64,000 bases of DNA from Escherichia phage vB_EcoM_JNE01: the sequence record OR670491; one strand, written 5' to 3'. Of the stretch, positions 1-8,704 are shown piece by piece. Made by a program: the position numbers and the translations under genes. The first letter of the stretch is position 1, and each line of letters starts with the position of its first letter. The notes beneath the pieces are model-generated. The model made no database searches and had not been told where the DNA came from. It saw only the letters and a list, made by a program, of their open reading frames with translations.

Positions 1-7
1 TTATAGT

Positions 8-37
8 TTGGGAAATACTCCAGAAAAGTGCTATAAT
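8..37 (+). promoter_or_regulatory. sigma70-like promoter (TTGGGA, 18-nt spacer, TGcTATAAT extended -10)
   Basis: Motif read directly; it precedes about 500 nt with no plus-strand ORF, ending at the terminator near 542-567. Confidence 0.4.
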
Positions 38-44
38 GTATAGT

Positions 45-541
45 GAAAATGACAATGGGCGGTGTAAGCCGGATAACGAGAACCTAATTCTCTTGAAAAT
101 GTAAAGGATAGATGAGCTTTACCATTGTAGCGATGAGCAAAAGAAACCCGTAAGAGTACTAGCAGCCATTCCAACAAGGCATAAGAACTACGAATCACGG
201 CGAAGCGGCTCAATAAAGAACTCCGACAGCATAACAGAGAGTTCCTCGATAGACTTATAAGGATCGCACCTTACCAGATTTGCTAAGGGAGTTTAACTCA
301 ATAAATGCGGTCGCAATTTTTCACAAGAAAGTTGCGTCCAAATTTTGAGTAAACAAGTACTACTTTGGTCGAATAGAGTTAGTACTTTGTGCTGGGGATG
401 AAAAGACCAGTGACCGTTGCATATGACTGCGATAGAGAGAAACAGAGCAACCCGCTTTCGTTCTCTTAAATTAGACGAGAAAGATCCGTCTAAAATTTGA
501 GAAATTCGCAATTCGACAATTCCGATGCCATCAGCGTCAAG
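45..541 (+). ncRNA. candidate noncoding transcript (unclassified) between promoter and intrinsic terminator
   Basis: Only peptides of about 12 codons on plus strand; several short hairpins (GTAAAG/CTTTAC, GAACTC/GAGTTC, AGTACT pair); the two minus-strand ORFs look like noise. Confidence 0.3.
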
Positions 542-567
542 AAGAGACTTAATTGTCTCTTTTTTAT
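542..567 (+). terminator. intrinsic terminator (AAGAGAC/GTCTCTT stem plus T-run)
   Basis: Inverted repeat followed by TTTTTT. Confidence 0.6.
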
Positions 568-700
568 TACTTTCATTCCCCTGCGGGGGGATGAAATGTC
601 CTCAACAAATCCCGTCAAGCTTTTAAAGTACAATATAAAGGAATGAATGAGTTTACGAAGTAAACGATATGAATTCTTGAGTTACGAAGGAACGAAGTGA

Positions 701-1129
701 ATGAGTAACACAGCGAATATTTCAAATAAATCTGAATTCACACAAGAGTTGTTTAATGTGTTTTTCAAATATCAAATATTAGAAGAGAGTCAATGCTTTC
801 AGCTTTATTACAAACAAGTCGGTAGTACATACAACAACTACAAAGAACCTAATTTTTATAAAGAAATTTTGGATTTTGCAGTTAATATAAGAAATAACAG
901 ACCAATAGCAATACTGTTTTTTGACAGATCTATTCCAGTAGAAGTACCTAATCACATTTACTTCATTGAACCAGAAGATTTATCTTCAAAGAATCAATTA
1001 GATTACTTAAGGAATTGTATACTGATAGTATGTGATGAAGTGAAGTATAACCGTCAGTTGAGATGGGATATACGTCATCAAAGAGTACTCAGGGACATGA
1101 ATCCCGAATTAGCCTTTATAATTAACTAA
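701..1129 (+). CDS. hypothetical early protein
   Basis: 142-aa ORF with AGGA upstream; no recognisable motif. Confidence 0.5.
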   Translation: MSNTANISNKSEFTQELFNVFFKYQILEESQCFQLYYKQVGSTYNNYKEPNFYKEILDFAVNIRNNRPIAILFFDRSIPVEVPNHIYFIEPEDLSSKNQLDYLRNCILIVCDEVKYNRQLRWDIRHQRVLRDMNPELAFIIN

Positions 1130-1160
1130 ATATCATAGAAGAACTCTAAGGAGAGATTTT

Positions 1161-1601
1161 ATGGAAAATATTGAAAATTTAAGACATGTAATGGACTTCA
1201 TTGGAAGTACTGAAGAAGATAGTGCATACGATGAAGTACTACTTACTTTTATTGAAAATAGTTTATTTCTATCTAGTTTAGCTCATAGTTGGCATTTACA
1301 ATGTCATTTCTATACTAAGCACTTACAGTTAGATGAACTATATAAAGACTTACCAGAGTACGTTGATGCATTCGTAGAAGGTATTATGAATAATCGCGGT
1401 GCTTTGCAGGTTGGTACTGGACATAGTTACAAATTCACCCCAGTGGAAGAATGTGTTCCTATTCTTGAAGAATATGTTGAGCAATGCAAAGCAATTCATG
1501 CTATGCTTACTGAAGCTGAAGACTATGGCAGTACTAACACACTAGAAGATATTATGAGTTTTGTTGAAGGAATGCTTTACAAACTCAAAGTTTTACAATA
1601 A
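1161..1601 (+). CDS. hypothetical protein (weak Dps/ferritin-like helix pattern)
   Basis: 146-aa ORF with AAGGAG SD; the His/Glu-rich helical stretch LAHSWHLQCHFYTKHLQLDELY is only loosely ferritin-like. Confidence 0.5.
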   Translation: MENIENLRHVMDFIGSTEEDSAYDEVLLTFIENSLFLSSLAHSWHLQCHFYTKHLQLDELYKDLPEYVDAFVEGIMNNRGALQVGTGHSYKFTPVEECVPILEEYVEQCKAIHAMLTEAEDYGSTNTLEDIMSFVEGMLYKLKVLQ

Positions 1602-1650
1602 AATATACGGAGAGTCCATAACGGATTCTCCTTTCTTTTGGAGAAAATTA

Positions 1651-2004
1651 ATGAGTGAATACCGAGTAACAACTGGCCTAATGGCACGTTTAGTAGAAGC
1701 TGTACCTGAAGATGATTATGAATCTGTTTCTGACCGTCTATTCGAAGCTGACTCTGGCCTTCATATTACATATGATGGTTCATTAATTTTCAGTACTGAT
1801 GTTGATGTTCCTGCATATGAATTTGATATTTCAATTGGTACTAAACTAAGCAAAACTGCATTTATTGAAAAGTGCTTACGTGAAGGTTTTTGTGTTGATG
1901 AAAATTCAATTGAACCATATGTATCAGTATGGTGTGATAATGCTGATAGTCCAATGTCAACTACAACAATTGGTGATTTTCTAAATGCAAATCAAAAAGA
2001 TTAA
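1651..2004 (+). CDS. hypothetical protein
   Basis: ORF track starts at 1561; the in-frame ATG at 1651 has a GGAG SD and avoids overlap with the upstream gene. Confidence 0.45.
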   Translation: MSEYRVTTGLMARLVEAVPEDDYESVSDRLFEADSGLHITYDGSLIFSTDVDVPAYEFDISIGTKLSKTAFIEKCLREGFCVDENSIEPYVSVWCDNADSPMSTTTIGDFLNANQKD

Positions 2005-2377
2005 ATTCCATCAGCATTCTTCCTATCATGATTGTGATGACTGTGGGATGATGATAAGTGATATTTACACTGTTTCATGTAAAGGGTTTACATTCACTCA
2101 TGGTGAACCTGCTTATTGCTACGGCAATGAAGAAGGGGATATCGAAATAGTACTAAAAGAGTTGTTTCAGTACTTGCAAAGCGAAGGTCATGATGTTACA
2201 ATGCCCACATATTATGAAGATGATTATGAATCACATGTAGAAGAAAATACATATTATAATCAATTCGTACATGGTAATGGTTTTATTACATACCTTCATG
2301 AGAATGGTATTGAGGTAAAAACCAAGTTCACCAGTGATGACTACGATAGTGATGATTCTATGGAGATTGAAGAATGA
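1985..2377 (+). CDS. hypothetical protein (Cys/His-rich N-terminus)
   Basis: 130-aa ORF; HDCDDCG motif; start uncertain. Confidence 0.4.
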   Translation: MQIKKIKFHQHSSYHDCDDCGMMISDIYTVSCKGFTFTHGEPAYCYGNEEGDIEIVLKELFQYLQSEGHDVTMPTYYEDDYESHVEENTYYNQFVHGNGFITYLHENGIEVKTKFTSDDYDSDDSMEIEE

Positions 2378-2943
2378 AGGCCAAAGATTTAGCGGCATTA
2401 CTGATGCAGAATCCTGAAATGGAAGTGTATCATGAAAATTGGCACAGTGATGATATGTGCGAGGTATATTATTCCCCAGAAACAATTGATGGGATTGAAA
2501 TTACTCCCAGTGGTGTATTCATCAAGACTGCAAGTGTTGATTTCAATGACAGTCGTGAAATTAAACTCCCGTGTGATAAACCAATCATTGGAACAATTGA
2601 CCTAGTATTCCACCAGGAACGTCAGATTGATACTGAAAATGAAGATGGTGAACAGGTTGCTGATGTTGCCAATGTCATTTTCCCTTTTTACTATTCTGAT
2701 TCACAACCAATGCACGGTAATGATTTCTTCCGTGAACTTTTGGAAGATGGTGAGGTATATGGTCGTGATGGAAATGTATTTGCACTTGATGAGAACTACG
2801 AACCAGACCACAACACTTGGCAGTTCTATACACCAGAAGATGTTATGGAAGTAAAAGTACTAACATCATTTGACGAACAGTGGAATGTACAGTATACTTC
2901 AATGAAGTTTGAAGAAGCTAAAAAATACTTTGAAACCAAATAA
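2374..2943 (+). CDS. hypothetical acidic protein
   Basis: 189-aa ORF; ATGA start/stop overlap with the upstream gene. Confidence 0.5.
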   Translation: MKAKDLAALLMQNPEMEVYHENWHSDDMCEVYYSPETIDGIEITPSGVFIKTASVDFNDSREIKLPCDKPIIGTIDLVFHQERQIDTENEDGEQVADVANVIFPFYYSDSQPMHGNDFFRELLEDGEVYGRDGNVFALDENYEPDHNTWQFYTPEDVMEVKVLTSFDEQWNVQYTSMKFEEAKKYFETK

Positions 2944-2968
2944 GATTATCAAATAAGGATCTAATAAT

Positions 2969-3253
2969 ATGAAAATTGTTGCAAGTGCGTGGATGGGATT
3001 TGAGGATAAAACTACTGGTTACGAATCTAGCCTAATCGTTGAAAGTACTGAAGAATTAAAACGATTTAAAGCTGAAACCGATGATGATGTATTTGATATT
3101 GTATACACTTATCATCTCATCCCTAACGATACCGACTATGACAAATATTATTATGATCCAGACAGCCTCATGGAGCTAGTGTCTTGTACTGAAAATGAAG
3201 TAAATGAGACAACGGCACTACTAATGTTGAGTACTGTCCCAGCAAAGGGGTAG
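2969..3253 (+). CDS. hypothetical protein
   Basis: 94-aa ORF with AAGGA SD. Confidence 0.5.
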   Translation: MKIVASAWMGFEDKTTGYESSLIVESTEELKRFKAETDDDVFDIVYTYHLIPNDTDYDKYYYDPDSLMELVSCTENEVNETTALLMLSTVPAKG

Positions 3254-3256
3254 TTT

Positions 3257-3742
3257 ATGTATACACTTATTTTCTTACGTGAGCCAGACGGTGACAGTAC
3301 TGATGGTGTTGTTGAATTTCATGGTGCTGACTCCATTGTTGCAGTAGAACGACTTATCAAAGCTGTTGTTCGTAGGCAGGTTCTTCTTGAACGTACTAAC
3401 AAAGGAAAATACACTTATGGTGAATGTGGCTTTGTACTGCTGAAAAATGGCGAATTAGTTGATGAATACAATAGTTCTTTTTCAAACATGTATTCTGATT
3501 TTGAATGTATTTCTCAATCTAAAGAAAAATACAGCATAAACAAAGTTGTGCAACAAATTTCCAGACTTCTATCAAGACAAACAAGTTTTATCAATGACCA
3601 GAAAACTGATGAGCGATTCGTATCAAATTCATTAAAACCTTTGTATGAACGTTTGGAAAAAGAAAATATGGAGCGTAAACGTCTAAAAGAATTGATGGAA
3701 AAGTATCCTGATATGGTGAAAGAATATGGCAAAGAGATCTAA
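3257..3742 (+). CDS. hypothetical protein
   Basis: 161-aa ORF with GGGG SD. Confidence 0.5.
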   Translation: MYTLIFLREPDGDSTDGVVEFHGADSIVAVERLIKAVVRRQVLLERTNKGKYTYGECGFVLLKNGELVDEYNSSFSNMYSDFECISQSKEKYSINKVVQQISRLLSRQTSFINDQKTDERFVSNSLKPLYERLEKENMERKRLKELMEKYPDMVKEYGKEI

Positions 3743-4046
3743 TTTATCATATGAAGCATGTGAAACATACATGACCAAAGATGGAAAGGAACATCGAGGG
3801 GTTAAGCCAGAGTACGTAGTGCTACGTGAAGTTCTGTTGAATGAAAGTTACGGCAGCAATCGCCGTAACAAGATCTTAGATTTACTAAGAAGCGGAATTG
3901 AAATTGCAGTAAATCGCAAGTACTCTGTCCAGACGAAAGATGATCCAGATATCAAGAAATTGATTAAGGACGGTAAAATTGAAATGTTCAATGTAGCTAC
4001 TGGTCCGAAATCAAAATGCACATACTTAAGGATTAAGAATGGGTAA
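3726..4046 (+). CDS. hypothetical protein
   Basis: 106-aa ORF in a tightly packed operon. Confidence 0.45.
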   Translation: MAKRSNLSYEACETYMTKDGKEHRGVKPEYVVLREVLLNESYGSNRRNKILDLLRSGIEIAVNRKYSVQTKDDPDIKKLIKDGKIEMFNVATGPKSKCTYLRIKNG

Positions 4047-4620
4047 ACTAATATATTACTATGGGAGTATGAGTTCAGGTAAAAGTACTAACTTATTACA
4101 AACAGCATACAACCATAAAAAGAATGGAATGGAAGTGGTTTATCTCACCAGTGCATTAGATGACCGATACGGGGTTGGTACGATTAAATCCAGAATTGGC
4201 ATCGAAGCCCAGGCAGAGATTATCCCAAAAGATGACAGTACTTTATTATTGGACATTAAGAAACGTCTTGAGAAGAACTTAGATATTAACAGTATCTATG
4301 TTGATGAATGCCAGTTCCTGAATAAAGAACAAGTTGATATTCTTTCTGAAATTGCAGATGAATACAATGTTGACGTTTACTGTTATGGTATTCGTACTGA
4401 TTTCGAAACAAATCTTTTTGATGGTTCACGACGTTTGTTCGAAATTGCAGATGAAATCCATCAGCTACATAATGTGTGTGAAAACCAAAAATGTGGTCAC
4501 CCAGCAACAATGAACGTCCGCATAGCAAACAGTACTGATAAAGTTTTCATTGGTGGTGATGAATCATATAAAAGTATGTGCAGAAAATGCTATAAAGAAT
4601 ACATGAGGAAAAAGAAATGA
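4039..4620 (+). CDS. tdk: thymidine kinase
   Basis: P-loop YYYGSMSSGKST, DECQFL, C-terminal Cys-x-x-Cys ... CRKC zinc ribbon; collinear with bacterial Tdk. Confidence 0.85.
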   Translation: MGKLIYYYGSMSSGKSTNLLQTAYNHKKNGMEVVYLTSALDDRYGVGTIKSRIGIEAQAEIIPKDDSTLLLDIKKRLEKNLDINSIYVDECQFLNKEQVDILSEIADEYNVDVYCYGIRTDFETNLFDGSRRLFEIADEIHQLHNVCENQKCGHPATMNVRIANSTDKVFIGGDESYKSMCRKCYKEYMRKKK

Positions 4621-4841
4621 TTGATAACTTTCTAAAATCTATTACTCAAAGAGTATTTGGTGCTTTACTGGATAGTATCAAATTAGTATTCAGTACTGTC
4701 TATATGCTTATTATTGTATGTCTATTTTCTTTAGTACTGCATTTTGTACCAACATGGCTAGTTATTACTGCTATTATTGTATTCCTGGCATTTGGTGTTT
4801 ATGGAACATACCTGGCAGAACTTGAAGATTCAGACGTGTAA
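4617..4841 (+). CDS. small membrane protein (two predicted TM helices, acidic C-terminus; holin-like topology)
   Basis: 74-aa ORF; hydrophobic stretches MLIIVCLFSLVLHF and LVITAIIVFLAFGVYG. Confidence 0.45.
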   Translation: MIDNFLKSITQRVFGALLDSIKLVFSTVYMLIIVCLFSLVLHFVPTWLVITAIIVFLAFGVYGTYLAELEDSDV

Positions 4842-4847
4842 CACATT

Positions 4848-4871
4848 AGACCCTTTATGGGTCTATTTTTT
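4848..4871 (+). terminator. intrinsic terminator (AGACCC/GGGTCT stem plus T-run)
   Basis: Inverted repeat followed by ATTTTTT. Confidence 0.6.
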
Positions 4872-4882
4872 AAGGAAAATAC

Positions 4883-5362
4883 ATGGAACCTATCTTTGGT
4901 GCATTGAAGCGTTTTGTAGATATTATATCTCATACTAACGTTCTCTATAATGACAATGACAGTACTGTAAAAATGATGGAAGTACTGGGATACACAGACG
5001 TACAAAGTGTGTATTATGACGGTATCATGGTCAGAGGTATCGAAGGAGATTGTCGATTATCTTACATGGGTATGATTGACACCTTTGTTGTACAGAAAGG
5101 AAAGATTGAAATTGTCCTTGAAGTACGTTATACAGGTTCATCAAACACAATATATTACAATTGTACCCGTACTGATTGTGCATATGAAACAGACTTTGAC
5201 CAGCAAACGACTATGCAATCCAGACCAATCGATTACCCTGATGATTCTTTTGTGCAAATTCATAAGGATTTATTTGATTTATGTGCTACAATGTCAGAGA
5301 GTGAAGACGTATATTACTTCCCAATCATCACAGTAAGAGAGAATGGTAATGCGATGGCGTAA
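4883..5362 (+). CDS. hypothetical protein
   Basis: 159-aa ORF with AAGGAAA SD. Confidence 0.5.
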   Translation: MEPIFGALKRFVDIISHTNVLYNDNDSTVKMMEVLGYTDVQSVYYDGIMVRGIEGDCRLSYMGMIDTFVVQKGKIEIVLEVRYTGSSNTIYYNCTRTDCAYETDFDQQTTMQSRPIDYPDDSFVQIHKDLFDLCATMSESEDVYYFPIITVRENGNAMA

Positions 5363-5747
5363 ACATAAAGTGAAACAGCTTGAAAAAATTGTCAAGAAGT
5401 TTTATAGCAAAAAAAGTGATCCAATGATGGTTATGCTACGTGACAGTATAGGGGTACGAAAGTATCCTGAATGCTTAACCAACTCTATTGGTCGCATGAA
5501 CAATCGATACTACGTTAATGATTATGCAAGTGCCGAAACCTCTTTTTTCGGAAATCGTGTATCTGTACCATCATACGTTCATTCAAAAGTGAAGCGAAGC
5601 CGTGTTCAAGGTGTTCTGCATGGTTATTTGCTGATTACGATGGAAGAATTAAACAAAGAGTTAGGTACTAACTACACCCAAGGCTGCATAGACAATATCA
5701 AGTTCATAAAAGATTTGGACGAAGAGTTAGATGATGATACAATGTAA
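5343..5747 (+). CDS. hypothetical basic protein
   Basis: 134-aa ORF overlapping the upstream stop. Confidence 0.45.
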   Translation: MVMRWRKHKVKQLEKIVKKFYSKKSDPMMVMLRDSIGVRKYPECLTNSIGRMNNRYYVNDYASAETSFFGNRVSVPSYVHSKVKRSRVQGVLHGYLLITMEELNKELGTNYTQGCIDNIKFIKDLDEELDDDTM

Positions 5748-5777
5748 ATTGTACAACTGGAAAAAGGAAAATGAATA

Positions 5778-5909
5778 ATGAACGGATTAAAGAAGTTTGG
5801 AACTGACGTTCTTAAGTGCATTCGATACACTTATGACGCTAATCCAGAAATGACTGCAATTGTGGGTGTTTTCATTGCACTCGTTGTTTTATCTTGTATT
5901 ATGGTGTAA
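5778..5909 (+). CDS. small membrane peptide (43 aa), not in ORF track
   Basis: ATG preceded by AAAGGAAA; C-terminal hydrophobic helix AIVGVFIALVVLSCIMV. Confidence 0.3.
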   Translation: MNGLKKFGTDVLKCIRYTYDANPEMTAIVGVFIALVVLSCIMV

Positions 5910-5912
5910 AAT

Positions 5913-6116
5913 ATGATTGAAATTAATGCTGATGTATATTGTAGTGCTGCACCAAATTACTTCATTTATGCACTAAGTACTTTTGGTGATACAGAAGGTG
6001 AAACTTTTGTTTTAGTAGATAATACTACATGGTACAAAACAAGTAATAAAATTCCGAAAGATGTTTTGGAAACTTATGTTCGTATTGAAAATAAAAACAT
6101 ATATGTAAATTTATAG
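5913..6116 (+). CDS. hypothetical protein
   Basis: 67-aa ORF. Confidence 0.4.
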   Translation: MIEINADVYCSAAPNYFIYALSTFGDTEGETFVLVDNTTWYKTSNKIPKDVLETYVRIENKNIYVNL

Positions 6117-6123
6117 GTAAAAT

Positions 6124-6534
6124 ATGATTGAAATGGAAGGAACTCTGGTGTATGATCCAGATCGTGGCACTATGAAAAAGAAGAAGGACTTCTGGTTAGT
6201 ACTGCAACTTCCATTACAGTTGGTTCGATACTACCAGTACTTCATCAGAACTGACTTACATATTGATATTAAAGACCCACAATGGGGAGCACATGTCAGT
6301 ATCGTTCGTGGTGAAGTGCCACCAAATCCAGAGTACTGGAAAAAGTACGATGGTATGAAAGTTAAGATTAAGTTCGAACCTTTCATCGAAGAAGTAAAAG
6401 ACAATAAGAAACCTGGGTCATTCTTTATCATAGAGTTTGAAGATGATTTCATTGCACAAATTCGTGATGAACTTGGTTTAGCATCTAAATATTTCAAATA
6501 TCACATCACCATTGGTAGAACATACTACGATTAA
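6124..6534 (+). CDS. 2H phosphoesterase superfamily protein (LigT/cyclic phosphodiesterase-like; possibly Acb1-like)
   Basis: Two H-x-[ST]-x motifs (HVSI near residue 57, HITI near residue 127) in a 136-aa protein, the 2H hallmark. Confidence 0.5.
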   Translation: MIEMEGTLVYDPDRGTMKKKKDFWLVLQLPLQLVRYYQYFIRTDLHIDIKDPQWGAHVSIVRGEVPPNPEYWKKYDGMKVKIKFEPFIEEVKDNKKPGSFFIIEFEDDFIAQIRDELGLASKYFKYHITIGRTYYD

Positions 6535-6557
6535 TGTGGTTATTTGGTAAATAGGTC

Positions 6558-6585
6558 TTGATATAACTAAAAAGTATGCTATACT
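6558..6585 (+). promoter_or_regulatory. sigma70-like promoter (TTGATA, 16-nt spacer, TGcTATACT)
   Basis: Motif upstream of the endolysin gene. Confidence 0.4.
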
Positions 6586-6701
6586 ACTTAAATGTTCCAA
6601 AGAACAACTGAGTACTGTAGAAAGTCCAATGAGGCTTTTGCAAATGGCCTCTTTGCCCTCTTTGTGATTGCTCATTGTTAACAACCAACAAAGGAGGCGT
6701 T

Positions 6702-7628
6702 TTGAAAAAAGCGAAAAAAGCACTGAAAACTAAAATTGCCGTAGGCGTATTAGTTTCATCAGCCCTATTCGCTGCTATTGGATTTTATGGTTTTTCTCAA
6801 AGTGATCATGTACCATCATTAGACGAAAGTCAGGTGCATAATTTAAAACCACAGTTTACTCAAATTCAAAAGCAGGAACTACCACAGGTATCAGTACCAA
6901 AAGCAGTTCCAAGCAGCGAGAAACATTATACGGTTCAACCTGGAGATAGTTATTATTCTATTGCACAGAAATTTAAACCTAAAAATGTACAGATTGAAGA
7001 TTATGTCATTTTGTTGAAGAACATCAACTTAAATGCAACTCTTCATACTTCTCAGGGTATCTTTATCCCAACAAAAGAGGATTTGAAGAACGTATTGTTA
7101 CCAGATGTGACTGTACTGTTTGATTATAAAGATCCAGAAATTGTCAATCACATCAAAGAAGCTGAAGGTTCTATTGAATTTCAGTCCAAGAACAAACGAC
7201 GTTTACTTGGTGGGAAAGTTGGAGTTCCATATCGAAATTCTAAATTTTATCCGTATCGTGATATAAAAGGTAACTTCACTATTGGGTACGGACATTATCT
7301 TGGAAAGAAAGAATCAGATGCAAGTAAGTATCGTAATGGTATTACGAAGTCACAAGCACATAAACTTTTATTGTCTGACATGGAACGAACTAATAATGAT
7401 TTAGTTTTATTATTGAAGAAAAGAAATGCAACAAACCTTACGGCTGAACAGCAACGAATTTTATTTGAGATGGCATTTACATTAGGAGTTGATAAGTTAA
7501 ATACTTTCAATAAATTATGGAAAAGCGTTGATAATCAAAATGATAACAAGTTCAAAAAAGAAATTAAGAATTCTCTATGGTATCGTCAAGTAGGAAACCG
7601 TGCAGAATTGTTAGTTAGTAATTTGTAA
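6702..7628 (+). CDS. endolysin: N-terminal membrane anchor, LysM domain, T4 e-type (GH24) lysozyme domain
   Basis: TIGYGHYLGK and SLWYRQVGNRAELLV match the T4 lysozyme catalytic region; YTVQPGDSYYSIAQKF is LysM; hydrophobic IAVGVLVSSALFAAIGFYGF. Start set to TTG after AAAGGAGG; ORF track begins at 6675. Confidence 0.8.
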   Translation: MKKAKKALKTKIAVGVLVSSALFAAIGFYGFSQSDHVPSLDESQVHNLKPQFTQIQKQELPQVSVPKAVPSSEKHYTVQPGDSYYSIAQKFKPKNVQIEDYVILLKNINLNATLHTSQGIFIPTKEDLKNVLLPDVTVLFDYKDPEIVNHIKEAEGSIEFQSKNKRRLLGGKVGVPYRNSKFYPYRDIKGNFTIGYGHYLGKKESDASKYRNGITKSQAHKLLLSDMERTNNDLVLLLKKRNATNLTAEQQRILFEMAFTLGVDKLNTFNKLWKSVDNQNDNKFKKEIKNSLWYRQVGNRAELLVSNL

Positions 7629-7636
7629 TTTACAAT

Positions 7637-7667
7637 AAAGGATGATATGTATCATCCTTTATTTTTA
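7637..7667 (+). terminator. intrinsic terminator (AAAGGATGAT/ATCATCCTTT)
   Basis: 10-bp stem, 4-nt loop, then ATTTTT. Confidence 0.65.
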
Positions 7668-7677
7668 AGGTAAAAAT

Positions 7678-8310
7678 ATGATATATAATGTTGGTATAAA
7701 TGATGTACCAGGTGATTCTAAATCGGATAGTGATGGTTATTATATATATGTGAAATGGAAAAGTATGATTAAACGATGCTACTCAGTTGAATATCAAAAA
7801 ATACACCATTCATATATTGGAACAACTGTATGTAATGAATGGCTTACATATTCAAATTTTAAAGATTGGTATCTAAATAATTACATAGACGGGTATGTTT
7901 TAGATAAAGACTTGATATCGGGTGATTTACAAGTATACTCACCAGTGACATGTTCATTTGTACCACAAGAATTAAATTGTTCTATTCTTGAAAGTAATAG
8001 TGCTAAAACAAAACTACCATTGGGTGTGTCATATCAACAGAAAACTAAAAATATGATAAATGAACGTTCGAAACCATATGATTCATATATAAAAATGTAT
8101 GGTAAGTTGTATCGTCTTGGTAGTTATGAATGTCCTGAACTTGCACATAAAGAATGGCAAATCGCCAAGAAAAAATATCTCGAAGAACTCATTGACAGAT
8201 ATAAAAATTCTGTTAAAATGGAAGTCATAGAAGGTATTCAGAAACGAATTGATATATTACATAATGATATAGTCAATGACGGTGTTACAATAACAATCAA
8301 TAAGATATAA
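7678..8310 (+). mobile_element. free-standing HNH (HNH_3)/AP2-type homing endonuclease gene
   Basis: Pattern YxxWxxMxxRCY ... VCxEW ... LDKD ... YSPVTC and AP2-like GVSYQQKTKNM; very AT-rich, bracketed by terminators. Confidence 0.5.
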
Positions 8311-8322
8311 GGTAGGTAAATT

Positions 8323-8649
8323 ATGCTAAATTTCGTTATCCAAGGTAATGTAGATGTTACTCCAGCAATTCATGACGCAATCCGCGATGAAGCAACAGTA
8401 CTAAGTAAATTTAGTGATGCTTCAGTACTGAATCTTGGTGTTCATCTGAAGAAAGAGCATAAAACACAGTACACTGTAACACTAACTTCTAATGGTAAGT
8501 CTGTTACTGCAAATGCAGCAGATTTATACAAAGCGATTAGTGATTCATTTGAAAAAATGGAAGTTGTACTTGGTAAAGACAAAAGCATTAAACTGCATCG
8601 TCGTAACCACCCAACACGTCCTCTGGACTTGACAGAAGACGAAGAGTAA
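8323..8649 (+). CDS. ribosome hibernation factor (HPF/RaiA/YfiA family)
   Basis: 108-aa protein collinear with E. coli YfiA/HPF as recalled: VTPAIHDAIRD, NLGVHLKKEHK, TVTLTSNGKSVTANAADLYKAISDSFEKMEVVLGK. Confidence 0.7.
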   Translation: MLNFVIQGNVDVTPAIHDAIRDEATVLSKFSDASVLNLGVHLKKEHKTQYTVTLTSNGKSVTANAADLYKAISDSFEKMEVVLGKDKSIKLHRRNHPTRPLDLTEDEE

Positions 8650-8660
8650 TTTATAATAAA

Positions 8661-8690
8661 GGGACAGTATATTTCTGTCCCTTTTCTTTT
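8661..8690 (+). terminator. intrinsic terminator (GGGACAG/CTGTCCC)
   Basis: Stem-loop followed by TTTTCTTTT. Confidence 0.65.
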
Positions 8691-8704
8691 TGGAGTTTTT
8701 TAAT

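Noticed and set aside
31-511. Minus-strand ORFs 31..213 and 293..511.
   Set aside because: No SD, composition looks random, and they lie inside a plus-strand promoter-to-terminator unit; treated as noise within a candidate noncoding region.
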